From: an uncultured bacterium
Lineage (GTDB): Bacteria; Acidobacteriota; Thermoanaerobaculia; Multivoradales; JAHZIX01
DNA: 28,517 nucleotides
Direction of reading: 5' to 3'
NCBI GenBank assembly: GCA_965368975.1
Contig: CBDUPA010000040.1
Coordinates: 1 to 28,517, forward strand
Shown here piece after piece: positions 1-8,891 of the stretch (position 1 is the stretch's first letter; the number at the start of each line of letters is the position of its first letter). The position numbers and the translations under genes were made by a program. The notes beneath the pieces were generated by a model, which was given only the letters and a program-made list of their open reading frames with translations, had not been told where the DNA came from and made no database searches.

Positions 1-1
1 G

Positions 2-1165
2 CGGGACGCCATCTTCATGATGCCCACGCCCCGCGTGCTGTCCAGCGTGGTCGACGACCTCGATGGCATCGACATGGCCGACACCGACACCAAGGGCGAC
101 CTCTACGAGTACATGCTTGGCAAGATCGCCAGCGCCGGGCAGAACGGCCAGTTTCGCACGCCGCGGCACATCATCCGGCTGATGGTGGACATGACCGCCC
201 CGACGCCCAAGGACGTGATCTGCGACCCGGCCTGCGGCAGTGCCGGCTTTCTGATCGCCGCCTCGGAATACCTCCGCGAGCATCATGGCGACACCATCTA
301 CAAGACCGCAAAAAGCCGGCGCAAGTTCAACTCCGGCACCTTTCACGGCTACGACTTCGACAGCACCATGCTCCGCATCGGCAGCATGAACATGCTGCTC
401 CACGGCGTGGAGAACCCCGACATCCGCTACCGCGATTCGCTGGCCCAGTCCGATCAGGACGACGCCGAGCGGTTCTCGCTGGTCCTGGCCAATCCGCCCT
501 TTGCCGGCAGTCTGGACTACGAGTCCACCGCCAAAGATCTGCAGCAGATCGTCAAGACGAAGAAGACCGAGCTGCTGTTCCTGGCCCTGTTCCTGCGGCT
601 GCTGCAGACCGGCGGGCGGGCGGCGGTGATCGTGCCCGACGGCGTGCTGTTCGGTTCGTCGAAGGCCCACAAGGCGCTGCGCAAGATCCTGGTCGAGAAC
701 CAGAAACTTGACGCCGTGATCTCGATGCCCTCGGGCGTGTTCAAGCCCTACGCCGGTGTCTCGACGGCCATCCTGCTGTTCACCAAGACGAAACCGTTGG
801 GAAAGAGCGGGGCCGGCGGCACGGACCACGTTTGGTTCTACGACATGCAGGCCGACGGATTTTCGTTGGACGACAAGCGCACGCCGCAGCCGGACAAGAG
901 CGACCTGCCCGACATCCTCGCCCGCTGGCAAGACTTTCGAGCCGGGGGCCAGGCCGAGACGGAGCGCCAACGCACGGACCGCAGTTTCCTGGTGCCCAAG
1001 GCGGAGATCGCCGGCAACGATTACGACCTCTCGATCAACCGCTACAAGGAAGTGGAATACGAGCCGGTCGAGCATGATCCGCCGCGGGAGATTTTGCAGC
1101 GGCTGGCAAAGCTGGAGGCGGAGATTGCCGAGGGGCGGAGGGAGTTGGAGGGGATGCTGGGATGA
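2..1165 (+). CDS. hsdM: Type I restriction-modification methyltransferase subunit (5'-truncated by window edge)
   Basis: GQFRTPRHII, SAM-binding DPACGSAGFL and catalytic NPPF motifs. The frame is open to the window start. First gene of an M-S-x-R operon. Confidence 0.96.
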   Translation, partial: RDAIFMMPTPRVLSSVVDDLDGIDMADTDTKGDLYEYMLGKIASAGQNGQFRTPRHIIRLMVDMTAPTPKDVICDPACGSAGFLIAASEYLREHHGDTIYKTAKSRRKFNSGTFHGYDFDSTMLRIGSMNMLLHGVENPDIRYRDSLAQSDQDDAERFSLVLANPPFAGSLDYESTAKDLQQIVKTKKTELLFLALFLRLLQTGGRAAVIVPDGVLFGSSKAHKALRKILVENQKLDAVISMPSGVFKPYAGVSTAILLFTKTKPLGKSGAGGTDHVWFYDMQADGFSLDDKRTPQPDKSDLPDILARWQDFRAGGQAETERQRTDRSFLVPKAEIAGNDYDLSINRYKEVEYEPVEHDPPREILQRLAKLEAEIAEGRRELEGMLG

Positions 1166-2349
1166 GTTGGCGATCCATAGCGTTCCGCGATGCTTTCGAC
1201 ATCCAACTCGGGAAGATGCTCGATAAGAAAAAGAACGTCGGGGAACTCCGACCGTATCTTGCGAACCGAGACGTTCAGTGGGGGAAGTGCGATACGGCCA
1301 ATCTTGGCATGATGCGATTTACTGAAGCTGACCGTGCCAAGTTTAAGTTGCAGCGCGGCGACCTCCTCGTTTGCGAGGGTGGTGAGGTCGGTCGGACTGC
1401 CATTTGGGATGGCGAAGTAGAAGACTGTTACTATCAAAAGGCAATTCACCGTTTGCGACCGAAGCTCAACATTGAGCCGCGGTTCGTGCTTTGGTTCATG
1501 CGGTGGGCGGCTGATCGAAATCTCTTCGCTCGCCTTACCAGCACAACCAGTATTGCCCATTTGACAAAGGCGAAGCTCCAAGAGATTCCCATATCCGTCC
1601 CGCCCCTGGCCGAGCAGAAGCGGATTGCGGGGATTCTGGATGCGGCGGACGCCTTGCGGGCCAAACGCTGCGAGGCCCTCGCCCAGCTCGACACCCTCCT
1701 TCAATCGACCTTCCTGGACATGTTCGGCGACCCCGTTACGAATCCGATGGGGTGGGAGGTTGTGCCTGTCACTGCAGCAGTCGAAGGGAAATATGGGATC
1801 AAGGCCGGGCCGTTCGGGTCAGCGCTAAAGAAGGAAGACTACGTTGCGGCTGGCTACCGGATCTACGGGCAAGAGCAGGTCATCGCGGGCCGGTTCGACA
1901 TTGGCGACTACTACATCGATGATCAGAAGTTCAAGAAGCTGGAAAACTGTGCTGTAAAGGCAGGCGACATTCTCGTGAGTCTCGTGGGTTCGTATGGCAA
2001 GGTTCTTATCGTTCCAGACGGCATTGAACCCGGAATCATCAACCCTCGTCTTCTGAAGATTACTCCACGTAAAGAGCTAGTCACTTCGCTCTACCTGGCG
2101 ACGTTGATACAGAACGAGTCAACTCAACGAAAGCTTGAAAGTATGTCCCACGGCGGGACTATGGGAATACTCAACGCTGGGCTCCTGAAACAGATCTCAG
2201 TCCCTACCCCACCCCTAGACCTCCAACGCCGCTTCGCCGCCATCGTCGAATCGGTCGAGCGGCAGAAAGCCCGGATGCGTTCCCACCTCACCGAACTGGA
2301 CGCCCTGTTCGCTTCGCTCCAGGACCGCGCTTTCAAGGGGGAGCTATGA
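1162..2349 (+). CDS. hsdS: Type I restriction-modification specificity subunit
   Basis: Two variable TRDs, each followed by a conserved helix (PPLAEQKRIAGILD; PPLDLQRRFAAIV...AFKGEL). ATGA overlap with hsdM. Confidence 0.95.
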   Translation: MSWRSIAFRDAFDIQLGKMLDKKKNVGELRPYLANRDVQWGKCDTANLGMMRFTEADRAKFKLQRGDLLVCEGGEVGRTAIWDGEVEDCYYQKAIHRLRPKLNIEPRFVLWFMRWAADRNLFARLTSTTSIAHLTKAKLQEIPISVPPLAEQKRIAGILDAADALRAKRCEALAQLDTLLQSTFLDMFGDPVTNPMGWEVVPVTAAVEGKYGIKAGPFGSALKKEDYVAAGYRIYGQEQVIAGRFDIGDYYIDDQKFKKLENCAVKAGDILVSLVGSYGKVLIVPDGIEPGIINPRLLKITPRKELVTSLYLATLIQNESTQRKLESMSHGGTMGILNAGLLKQISVPTPPLDLQRRFAAIVESVERQKARMRSHLTELDALFASLQDRAFKGEL

Positions 2350-3077
2350 GTGGACAGAGTGGATATGGTGGACGTAGTGGGCGTCGTGGGAGAGACCCGC
2401 GGCCCGGCACGCCGGGGGAGCAGATCCTGGGGCCGCACGGCGGATACCGGAAGTTGAAGAGCTTCCAGGTGGCTCAGCTAGTCTACGATCTGACCGTACG
2501 CTTCTGCGACCGCTATATCGACCGCCGCAGCCGCACGCATGACCAGATGGTCCAGGCCGCCCGTTCGGGCGTGCAGAACATTGCCGAAGGCTCGGAAGCG
2601 GCCGCCACCTCGAGCAAGTTCGAGCTGAAGCTGACGCAGGTTGCGCGCGCCAGCCTGGAGGAATTGAAGCTCGACTACGAGGATTTCCTGCGCCACCGCC
2701 GACTGCCCGCCTGGGACCGAGACCACCCACTGCGTCAGGAACTGGTCGACGCCCGGCTGCAGACCGCCGACGAGGTCGCCGCCTGGGTGGCGCGAAAAGC
2801 CCGGCAGCGCTGTGAAGTGGACGGTGGACCCAGAGGACCCAGTGGACCCAGAGGACGAAGTGGGCCCAGTGGAGAAGACCAACAGACTGCGTCGACTCCG
2901 TCCACTTCCTCCACTTTCTTTCCAGAACTCTCAGCCAACGCCATCCTGACGCTGGCCACCGTGGCGGGCTTTCTGCTGGACCGTCAGCTGGCGCAGCTGG
3001 CGCAGCGCTTCGAGGACCAAGGCGGATTTACCGAACGTCTGTACCGCGTGCGCTCGGCTCGCAGGAGACAACCATGA
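2346..3077 (+). CDS. Four-helix-bundle protein (23S rRNA-IVP/Avd-like) with four-helix-bundle suffix domain
   Basis: GGYRKLKSFQ...DQMVQAARSGVQNIAEGS...ARASLEELKLDYEDFL core and C-terminal LLDRQL...F..GGFTERLY..R suffix, recognised by eye. ATGA overlaps with both hsdS and hsdR. Confidence 0.88.
   Translation: MSGQSGYGGRSGRRGRDPRPGTPGEQILGPHGGYRKLKSFQVAQLVYDLTVRFCDRYIDRRSRTHDQMVQAARSGVQNIAEGSEAAATSSKFELKLTQVARASLEELKLDYEDFLRHRRLPAWDRDHPLRQELVDARLQTADEVAAWVARKARQRCEVDGGPRGPSGPRGRSGPSGEDQQTASTPSTSSTFFPELSANAILTLATVAGFLLDRQLAQLAQRFEDQGGFTERLYRVRSARRRQP
2349..2393 (+). repeat. Degenerate 9-bp tandem repeat x5 (nGTGGnnnn)
   Basis: agtggacag agtggatat ggtggacgt agtgggcgt cgtgggaga. Confidence 0.8.
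2814..2917. repeat. 9-bp tandem array followed by a reverse-complement 9-bp array
   Basis: gaagtggac, then ggtggaccc agaggaccc agtggaccc agaggacga agtgggccc agtggagaa (2823-2876), then gtcgactcc gtccacttc ctccacttt (2891-2917). gtccacttc is the exact reverse complement of gaagtggac (2814-2822). Confidence 0.82.
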
Positions 3078-6000
3078 GCAACTTCGCCTTCCTGCCCTCC
3101 GACTTCCGCGCCATTGCGGACTCCGCCACCAAGGCGGAAGGCCACATCATGGGCGATCCGCGCGCTGCCTGCTTCCACGCTCGCTTCACGCTGGAGGCGA
3201 TCGTCCACTGGCTCTACCGGCACGATGCCGGGCTGCGGATGCCCTACGACGGGAGCCTCGGGGCGCTGCTGCATGATCCCGGCTTCCAGAACCTGCTGCC
3301 GGAGGTGGTGTTCCAGAAGGCGCGGGTGATTCAGAAGGTGGGCAACCAGGCGGTCCACAACGGGCGTCCGATCCGCCAGTACGACGCGCTGCAGGTGGTC
3401 AAGGAACTGCACCACGTCTGCTATTGGCTGACCCGGACCTACAAACCGGACGCTTCCCGCCAGGGCGCGGCTTGGCGCGATGAGCGTGTGCCGAAGGCGC
3501 CGGCCGCTGGCGAGGTCGTCCCTCGCAAGGAACTGGAGGCCCTGGAAAAGGAGCTGGCCGCGCAGAACGAGGCGGCGCTCGAGCAGCAGCGGGAGCGGGA
3601 CGAACTGGATGCCGAACTGCAGGCCCTGCGCGAGCAACTGGCCGCGGTCCGCGCCGCCGCCGAGCAACAGCCGGACCCGCACGACTACTCCGAGGCCGAG
3701 ACCCGCCACTACTTGATCGACGTGGAACTGCGCCGCGCCGGCTGGCCGCTGAACCAGGGCCGCGAGCGCGAATACCGAGTCACCGGGATGCCCGACGCCG
3801 AAGGCATCGGCTACGCCGACTATGTGCTGTGGGGCGACGACGGCAAGCCGCTGGCGGTGGTCGAGGCGAAGAAGACCACCGTGGACCCGCGGGTGGGCGA
3901 GCAGCAGGCCGAGCTCTACGCCGATTGCCTGGAGCAGATGCACGGCCAGCGGCCGATCCTCTTCACCACCAACGGCTACACGACCTGGATGTGGGACGAC
4001 ACCGCCTACCCGCCGCGCCGGGTGGCGGGGTTCTACAAGAAGGACGAGCTGGCCCGCCTGATCCGCCGCCGGACGCAGCGGCGGGCGCTCGATGTGGGCG
4101 AGGTGAAGGACGCTATCGCCGGCCGCTACTACCAAAAGCGGGCCATCGGTAGCATTTCGGAGCAGTTCACCAGCGCACGCCGCAAGGCGCTGCTGGTGAT
4201 GGCCACCGGCACGGGCAAGACGCGCACGGCGATTGCGCTGGTGGACGTGCTGCAGCGGGCCGGCTGGGTGAAGCGGGCGCTGTTCCTGGCCGACCGGGTG
4301 GCCCTGGTGAGTCAGGCGTGCAATGCCTTCAAGGCGCATCTGCCGGAGTCCAGCCCGGTCAACCTCGGCACCGAGAAGGGGGCCGAGGGCCGCGTCTACG
4401 TCTGCACCTATCCCACGATGATGGGGATGATCGACGAGACCCGTTCAGGTAGTGGGGACGAGGCGCGGTTCGGCGTCGGGCACTTCGATCTGGTGATCAT
4501 CGACGAGGCGCACCGCTCGGTGTACCAGAAGTACGGCGCGATCTTCCGCTACTTCGATTCCTTGCTGGTCGGCCTGACCGCCACGCCGCGCGAGGAGGTG
4601 GACAAGAACACCTACGACCTGTTCGACCTGGAGCCGGGCGTGCCGACGGACGCCTACGAGCTACAACAGGCGGTGGCCGATGGATTCCTGGTTCCGCCCC
4701 GCGTGCAGCAGGTGGACCTGCGGTTCCCGCGTGAGGGCATCGACTACGACAGGCTCACGGACGAGGAGAAGGAGCAGTGGGAGAGTCTCGACTGGGGCGA
4801 TGACGTGGAACCCGGAATGCTGCCCGACCGGGTGAACGCGGCCGCGATCAACAGCTGGTTGTTCAACCGAGACACCGTGGACAAGGTGCTGCAGCACCTG
4901 ATGGAACATGGTCACAAGGTGGAGGGCGGCGACCGGCTGGCCAAGACGATCATCTTCGCCCGCAACCATGAACACGCAAAGTTCATTGGCGAGCGGTTCA
5001 ACCACCACTACCCGCACCACGCCGGGCACTTCGCGCGGGTCATCGACAACCAGGCAAAGTATCCGCAGAGCCTGATCGATGATTTCTCGCAGAAGGACAA
5101 GGCCCCGCATATCGCCATCTCGGTGGACATGCTGGACACCGGCATCGACATTCCGGAGGTGGTGAACCTGGTCTTCTTCAAGCCGGTGTACTCGAAGATC
5201 AAGTTCTGGCAGATGATCGGGCGCGGCACGCGGCTGTGCCCCGGTCTGTTCGGACCGGAGGACGACAAGCAGGACTTCCGGGTTTTCGACTTCTGCTTCA
5301 ACTTCGATTTCTTCAAAGAGAAGCCCGAGGGCATCGACGCTGGCGACAGCGTCCCACTGGGCACGCGGTTGTTCCGCGCTCGCGTCGCTCTGCTGGGGCA
5401 GGTGCAAACGAATCCCGAACTCGACCCGGACGCGGCGTTGCGCAGCTCGCTGGCCGGCGCCCTGCATGGCGAGGTGGCGGCGATGAACCGCGAGAACTTC
5501 ATCGTGCGCATGCACCTGGAGACCGTGGAGCGTTTTCAGGATCGGGCTGCCTGGGAGCAACTGAGCGAGAACGACCGGGAAACTCTGCAACGCGAGGTGG
5601 CGGGCCTGCCGTCCGAGATCGCCACCGACGACATCGAGTCACGGCTGTTCGACCTGACTGCCCTGCGGATGCAATTGGCCCTGGTCGAGGGCGACGAGGC
5701 GGGCTTCGAAAGGCATCGCCAGCGGGTGGTCGAGATGGCCATGCTGCTGGAGGAGAAGGGGACGATTCCGGTGGTCGCGGCGCAGCTCGAATACCTCGCC
5801 GCCGTGCAGGAAAGCGCCTTCTGGGAAGGCATCTCGCTGACCGGGCTGGAGGAACTGCGACTGCGGCTGCGGGGGCTGATTCCGTTTCTCGACAAGAAGA
5901 AACGAAAGATCGTCTACACCGACTTCAAGGATGAAGTGCTGGGCGTGCGGGAAGAGCAGGCCGTCCACATCCCGAAGATGACCGGCGCGCAGTATGAGAA

Positions 6001-6472
6001 GAAGGTCAACGAGTACCTACGTCATCACCGAGACCACATCGTGATTCACCGTCTGCGGACCCATCAGCCGCTGACGGCGCAGGATCTGAAGGGGCTGGAG
6101 ACAACGCTCGTTGAGATCGGCGAGGAGGATGGCGAGACGCTGCTGTCCGGTCTGCTGGCTCGGCGCGAGGCTCCTTCGCTAGCCCATTTTGTAAGAAGCT
6201 TGGTCGGGTTGGACCGCACGGCCGCCCAGGCGGCCTTCTCGCAGTTCCTGAACGACCGCAGCCTCACGCCCCAGCAGATACGGTTTGTCGAAATGGTGAT
6301 CGACCAGCTTACGGCCCGAGGGATCATGGATGCCTCAGCGCTCTACGAACCGCCGTTCAGTAATTTGCACGCCGACGGGCCGGACGAATTGTTCGCGGGA
6401 AGAGAGAATGTGATCAATGCCGTATTCAAGACCCTGAAATCCATGGAGCCGCGTGTTCAGGGCGTCGCGTGA
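3074..6472 (+). CDS. hsdR: Type I restriction endonuclease subunit R (DUF4145-like N-terminus, EcoEI R C-terminal type)
   Basis: Nuclease ADYVL...VVEAKK, Walker A ATGTGKT, DEAH, TATP, DMLDTGID and QMIGRGTR helicase motifs; 1132 aa. Confidence 0.96.
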   Translation: MSNFAFLPSDFRAIADSATKAEGHIMGDPRAACFHARFTLEAIVHWLYRHDAGLRMPYDGSLGALLHDPGFQNLLPEVVFQKARVIQKVGNQAVHNGRPIRQYDALQVVKELHHVCYWLTRTYKPDASRQGAAWRDERVPKAPAAGEVVPRKELEALEKELAAQNEAALEQQRERDELDAELQALREQLAAVRAAAEQQPDPHDYSEAETRHYLIDVELRRAGWPLNQGREREYRVTGMPDAEGIGYADYVLWGDDGKPLAVVEAKKTTVDPRVGEQQAELYADCLEQMHGQRPILFTTNGYTTWMWDDTAYPPRRVAGFYKKDELARLIRRRTQRRALDVGEVKDAIAGRYYQKRAIGSISEQFTSARRKALLVMATGTGKTRTAIALVDVLQRAGWVKRALFLADRVALVSQACNAFKAHLPESSPVNLGTEKGAEGRVYVCTYPTMMGMIDETRSGSGDEARFGVGHFDLVIIDEAHRSVYQKYGAIFRYFDSLLVGLTATPREEVDKNTYDLFDLEPGVPTDAYELQQAVADGFLVPPRVQQVDLRFPREGIDYDRLTDEEKEQWESLDWGDDVEPGMLPDRVNAAAINSWLFNRDTVDKVLQHLMEHGHKVEGGDRLAKTIIFARNHEHAKFIGERFNHHYPHHAGHFARVIDNQAKYPQSLIDDFSQKDKAPHIAISVDMLDTGIDIPEVVNLVFFKPVYSKIKFWQMIGRGTRLCPGLFGPEDDKQDFRVFDFCFNFDFFKEKPEGIDAGDSVPLGTRLFRARVALLGQVQTNPELDPDAALRSSLAGALHGEVAAMNRENFIVRMHLETVERFQDRAAWEQLSENDRETLQREVAGLPSEIATDDIESRLFDLTALRMQLALVEGDEAGFERHRQRVVEMAMLLEEKGTIPVVAAQLEYLAAVQESAFWEGISLTGLEELRLRLRGLIPFLDKKKRKIVYTDFKDEVLGVREEQAVHIPKMTGAQYEKKVNEYLRHHRDHIVIHRLRTHQPLTAQDLKGLETTLVEIGEEDGETLLSGLLARREAPSLAHFVRSLVGLDRTAAQAAFSQFLNDRSLTPQQIRFVEMVIDQLTARGIMDASALYEPPFSNLHADGPDELFAGRENVINAVFKTLKSMEPRVQGVA

Positions 6473-6501
6473 GGCGACTGGGTCAGAGCCCTGCCTGGGA
6501 G

Positions 6502-6510
6502 TGATAGCGT
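6502..6510 (+). promoter_or_regulatory. Putative extended -10 (TGATAGCGT), leaderless arrangement
   Basis: TGnTAnnnT ending 6 nt before the ATG at 6517. Confidence 0.45.
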
Positions 6511-6516
6511 CTCCCT

Positions 6517-7413
6517 ATGCGAAACCTCCTGGCTCTCTGCGTCCTCCTACCGCTCACCGCTTGCTCGACGACACCCATTCCCGCCGGGCCGACACGGGCT
6601 CCCACCACGCCCGCGACCTCGACGACCGACATGGATGTCGTCACCGTCTCGACGAGTGCGGAACTGCTGGCCGCCCTCGATGCCGCGTTCGACTATCCGA
6701 CCACGATCCGTCTCGAACCGGGCGACTACTTCCTCGACGCTGAGCGTGCCACCCACGCGGTCCGGTATCTCAGTTGGGAAGAAGTGACGCCGGACGCGAC
6801 CAGTCTCGTCTTGCGAGGGTACACGGGTCTGACGCTCACCGCAGCCGATCCAGACGATCCGCCACGTTTGGTGACACGGGACCACGCGGCACGGGTGCTG
6901 ACCTTCACGGACAGCCGGAGGATCGAGTTGTCGAACTTAGTGGCCGGGCACCTGACCGGACCCGGGGAGGTCTGCCTGGCGACGGTGCTGGCGTTCGACA
7001 CGTCGTCGCAGATTCTTCTCGACGAGGTCGACCTCTTCGGCTCCGGCACGCACGGGCTCTATCTCAACGACGTGATCGACTTCGAGATGCGGGAGAGCGT
7101 CATACGGGAGTGCACGCAAGGGTTGGTGGTGGTCGATGGTTCGCGCGACGTCGTCTTCACGGACAGCCGTTTCACCACCACTCATGGCTACTGCATCTTC
7201 GCGGTCGAGCGCAGCTCCGGAGTGTTGGTGGAGTACGGTTCGTTCGAGGGCAACAGTTCGAGCGAAGCGATGTTCTGCTCCTACAACGCGGTGCGGGAGC
7301 CGGTGCGGGTGGTGGGGTCGCGCTTCGAAAGCAACTTTGTCGACGCCTTGGAAAACCGGCCTGGCGTCGTGCAGATCGAGGATTCGGATCTGCACGGGAT
7401 GCCGCGGCCCTGA
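6517..7413 (+). CDS. Lipoprotein with right-handed parallel beta-helix repeats
   Basis: Signal peptide with lipobox LTAC, Pro/Thr linker, and beta-helix-like repeats (DLFGSGTHGLYL, IRECTQGLVVV, FEGNS, FESNF). Confidence 0.72.
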   Translation: MRNLLALCVLLPLTACSTTPIPAGPTRAPTTPATSTTDMDVVTVSTSAELLAALDAAFDYPTTIRLEPGDYFLDAERATHAVRYLSWEEVTPDATSLVLRGYTGLTLTAADPDDPPRLVTRDHAARVLTFTDSRRIELSNLVAGHLTGPGEVCLATVLAFDTSSQILLDEVDLFGSGTHGLYLNDVIDFEMRESVIRECTQGLVVVDGSRDVVFTDSRFTTTHGYCIFAVERSSGVLVEYGSFEGNSSSEAMFCSYNAVREPVRVVGSRFESNFVDALENRPGVVQIEDSDLHGMPRP

Positions 7414-7414
7414 T

Positions 7415-7442
7415 CCGTGGCATCCAGCCCGTGGCGTCCAGC
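7415..7442. repeat. 14-bp tandem duplication between convergent genes
   Basis: ccgtggcatccagc ccgtggcgtccagc. Confidence 0.65.
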
Positions 7443-7468
7443 CTAGCTCTGGCCCCGAGCTGGTCGAC

Positions 7469-8728
7469 TCAGGCGGTCTGGACCTGCTGGTCGGCCAGCA
7501 AGGTGCCGATCACACGCGCGCCGACCTGCGCCTCCTGACGCTGGCGGAAGACGTCGGCCATGGAGGCCAGGCCGTCGTGGAAGCTCGTGTCGGTCAGGAC
7601 CTGGCGCAGGCCCTGGCCCAACTCTTCCGCGGTCACCGTCTCGGGGTCGTAGGCGAGGCCCAGGCGGTGGTGCTCGATGCGCTTGGCGTTGCCCGGTTGG
7701 TCGCGTTCGAGCGGGGTGCCGATCATGGGCACGCCGTGGAGGATGCACTCCTTGACCGAGCCGAGACCGCAGTGGGTGAGCATGGCGTCGGCACGTTCGA
7801 GCAGGCGCAGCTGCGGCGCCCAGTGGCAGACGGTGGCGTTGGCGGGCACGCTGCCGAAGTCGCCGAGGTCGAAGTGTTTGGCGACGGAGACGACGAAGTG
7901 CCACGGCTCGTGCTGGTGGGCGCGCATCATGTCGAAGAACTGGCTGTAGACGCGCTTTGCAGTGTTCCGGTAGAGGTCGGTCTGGCTGCCCAGGGAGGCG
8001 TAGATCAGCCGCTTGTCGCTGGGGAGCGAGCTCCAATCGAAATCGGGCTCTTCGGCGGTGTTCTCGCCGTGCAGACGCACGCACGGTTCGATGTAGCGCA
8101 CATTGCTGCTCATGCCCGCGTCGGGCAGTTCGAGCTCACGCGGGCAGGCGATCAGTTCGGGCAGGTGGGTGAGCGGTTCGCAGATCTCCTGTAGTTGCTT
8201 GAAGTGTGGGTGCTTGCGCAGCGCCAGTTGGGCGATCTTGTAGGCTACGGGGCCCATGTGCATCAGGTGGAAGAAGGCGGTCTTCTCGGGGCCTTGTTCC
8301 GCGCTGCGCAGGAAGGGCGTCAAGATGGCGATGGGCAGGTCGTCGTAGCTGAAGTAGAGGATCAAGGTCTCGAGCGAGAAGAAGTAGCTGCTCAGCACCA
8401 GATCCGGTTGGATGCGTTGCACGGCCGAGTCGAGGCCACCTTCGAGCAGGTGGTTCAGGAACGCGGTGCCTTCGGCGTCGGGCTCGCGCATGCGATTGAG
8501 TTCCATGCGACGGATGGTGTGTTCGCGCATCTGCCGCCACGAGCCTCGCGGGTAGAAGTCGGCGAGCAGGGGCTCGAACTCGAAGCCGTGTTTCTCCACG
8601 TGGGGGCCGACATCGGGGATACCGCAGTAGCGCACCTCGTGGCCGTGGGCCTGCAGGCTGCGGGCCAGGTGGAAGGTAGGCAAGATGTGTCCAGGTTCGA
8701 AGTCCAGCAGCAGTGCGATTCTCGCCAT
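7469..8728 (-). CDS. GT1-family (MGT/UDP-dependent) glycosyltransferase
   Basis: N-terminal GHILPT and PSPG-like WAPQLRLL...THCGLGSVKECILHGVPM...DQPGNA. Start set at MARIALL, with GAGGAG RBS at 8735-8740 on the minus strand. Confidence 0.9.
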   Translation of the reverse strand: MARIALLLDFEPGHILPTFHLARSLQAHGHEVRYCGIPDVGPHVEKHGFEFEPLLADFYPRGSWRQMREHTIRRMELNRMREPDAEGTAFLNHLLEGGLDSAVQRIQPDLVLSSYFFSLETLILYFSYDDLPIAILTPFLRSAEQGPEKTAFFHLMHMGPVAYKIAQLALRKHPHFKQLQEICEPLTHLPELIACPRELELPDAGMSSNVRYIEPCVRLHGENTAEEPDFDWSSLPSDKRLIYASLGSQTDLYRNTAKRVYSQFFDMMRAHQHEPWHFVVSVAKHFDLGDFGSVPANATVCHWAPQLRLLERADAMLTHCGLGSVKECILHGVPMIGTPLERDQPGNAKRIEHHRLGLAYDPETVTAEELGQGLRQVLTDTSFHDGLASMADVFRQRQEAQVGARVIGTLLADQQVQTA

Positions 8729-8794
8729 TCTTTTCTCCTCGGAAGCTAGATTCACTATGTGCAACAACAAGGGAGTTTTGGTCGGATCCGGCGG

Positions 8795-8803
8795 AGTGTA
8801 CCA
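8795..8803 (-). promoter_or_regulatory. Putative extended -10 (TGGTACACT) for the glycosyltransferase
   Basis: Reverse complement of agtgtacca, about 65 nt upstream of the start. Confidence 0.45.
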
Positions 8804-8891
8804 AATGACCTGGCTCGCCTTCTGCACTGCGTTGCGGTGGCTCGAGCCGCCACCTGCCTGCGCGTGGAGTCCCGGGTTAGACTCGGCGGCT

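Noticed and set aside
2823-2876. Collagen-like domain (GPRGPSGPRG)
   Set aside because: Only about 6 triplets; better explained as a by-product of the 9-bp DNA repeat.
2346-3077. Diversity-generating retroelement suggested by the Avd-like fold
   Set aside because: No reverse transcriptase and no TR/VR pair with adenine-specific mismatches seen.
2984-4339. Long antisense and alternative-frame ORFs (also 4661..5590, 7136..8194, 24022..25152 and similar)
   Set aside because: Shadow ORFs expected from high-GC codon bias opposite well-supported genes; no recognisable motifs.
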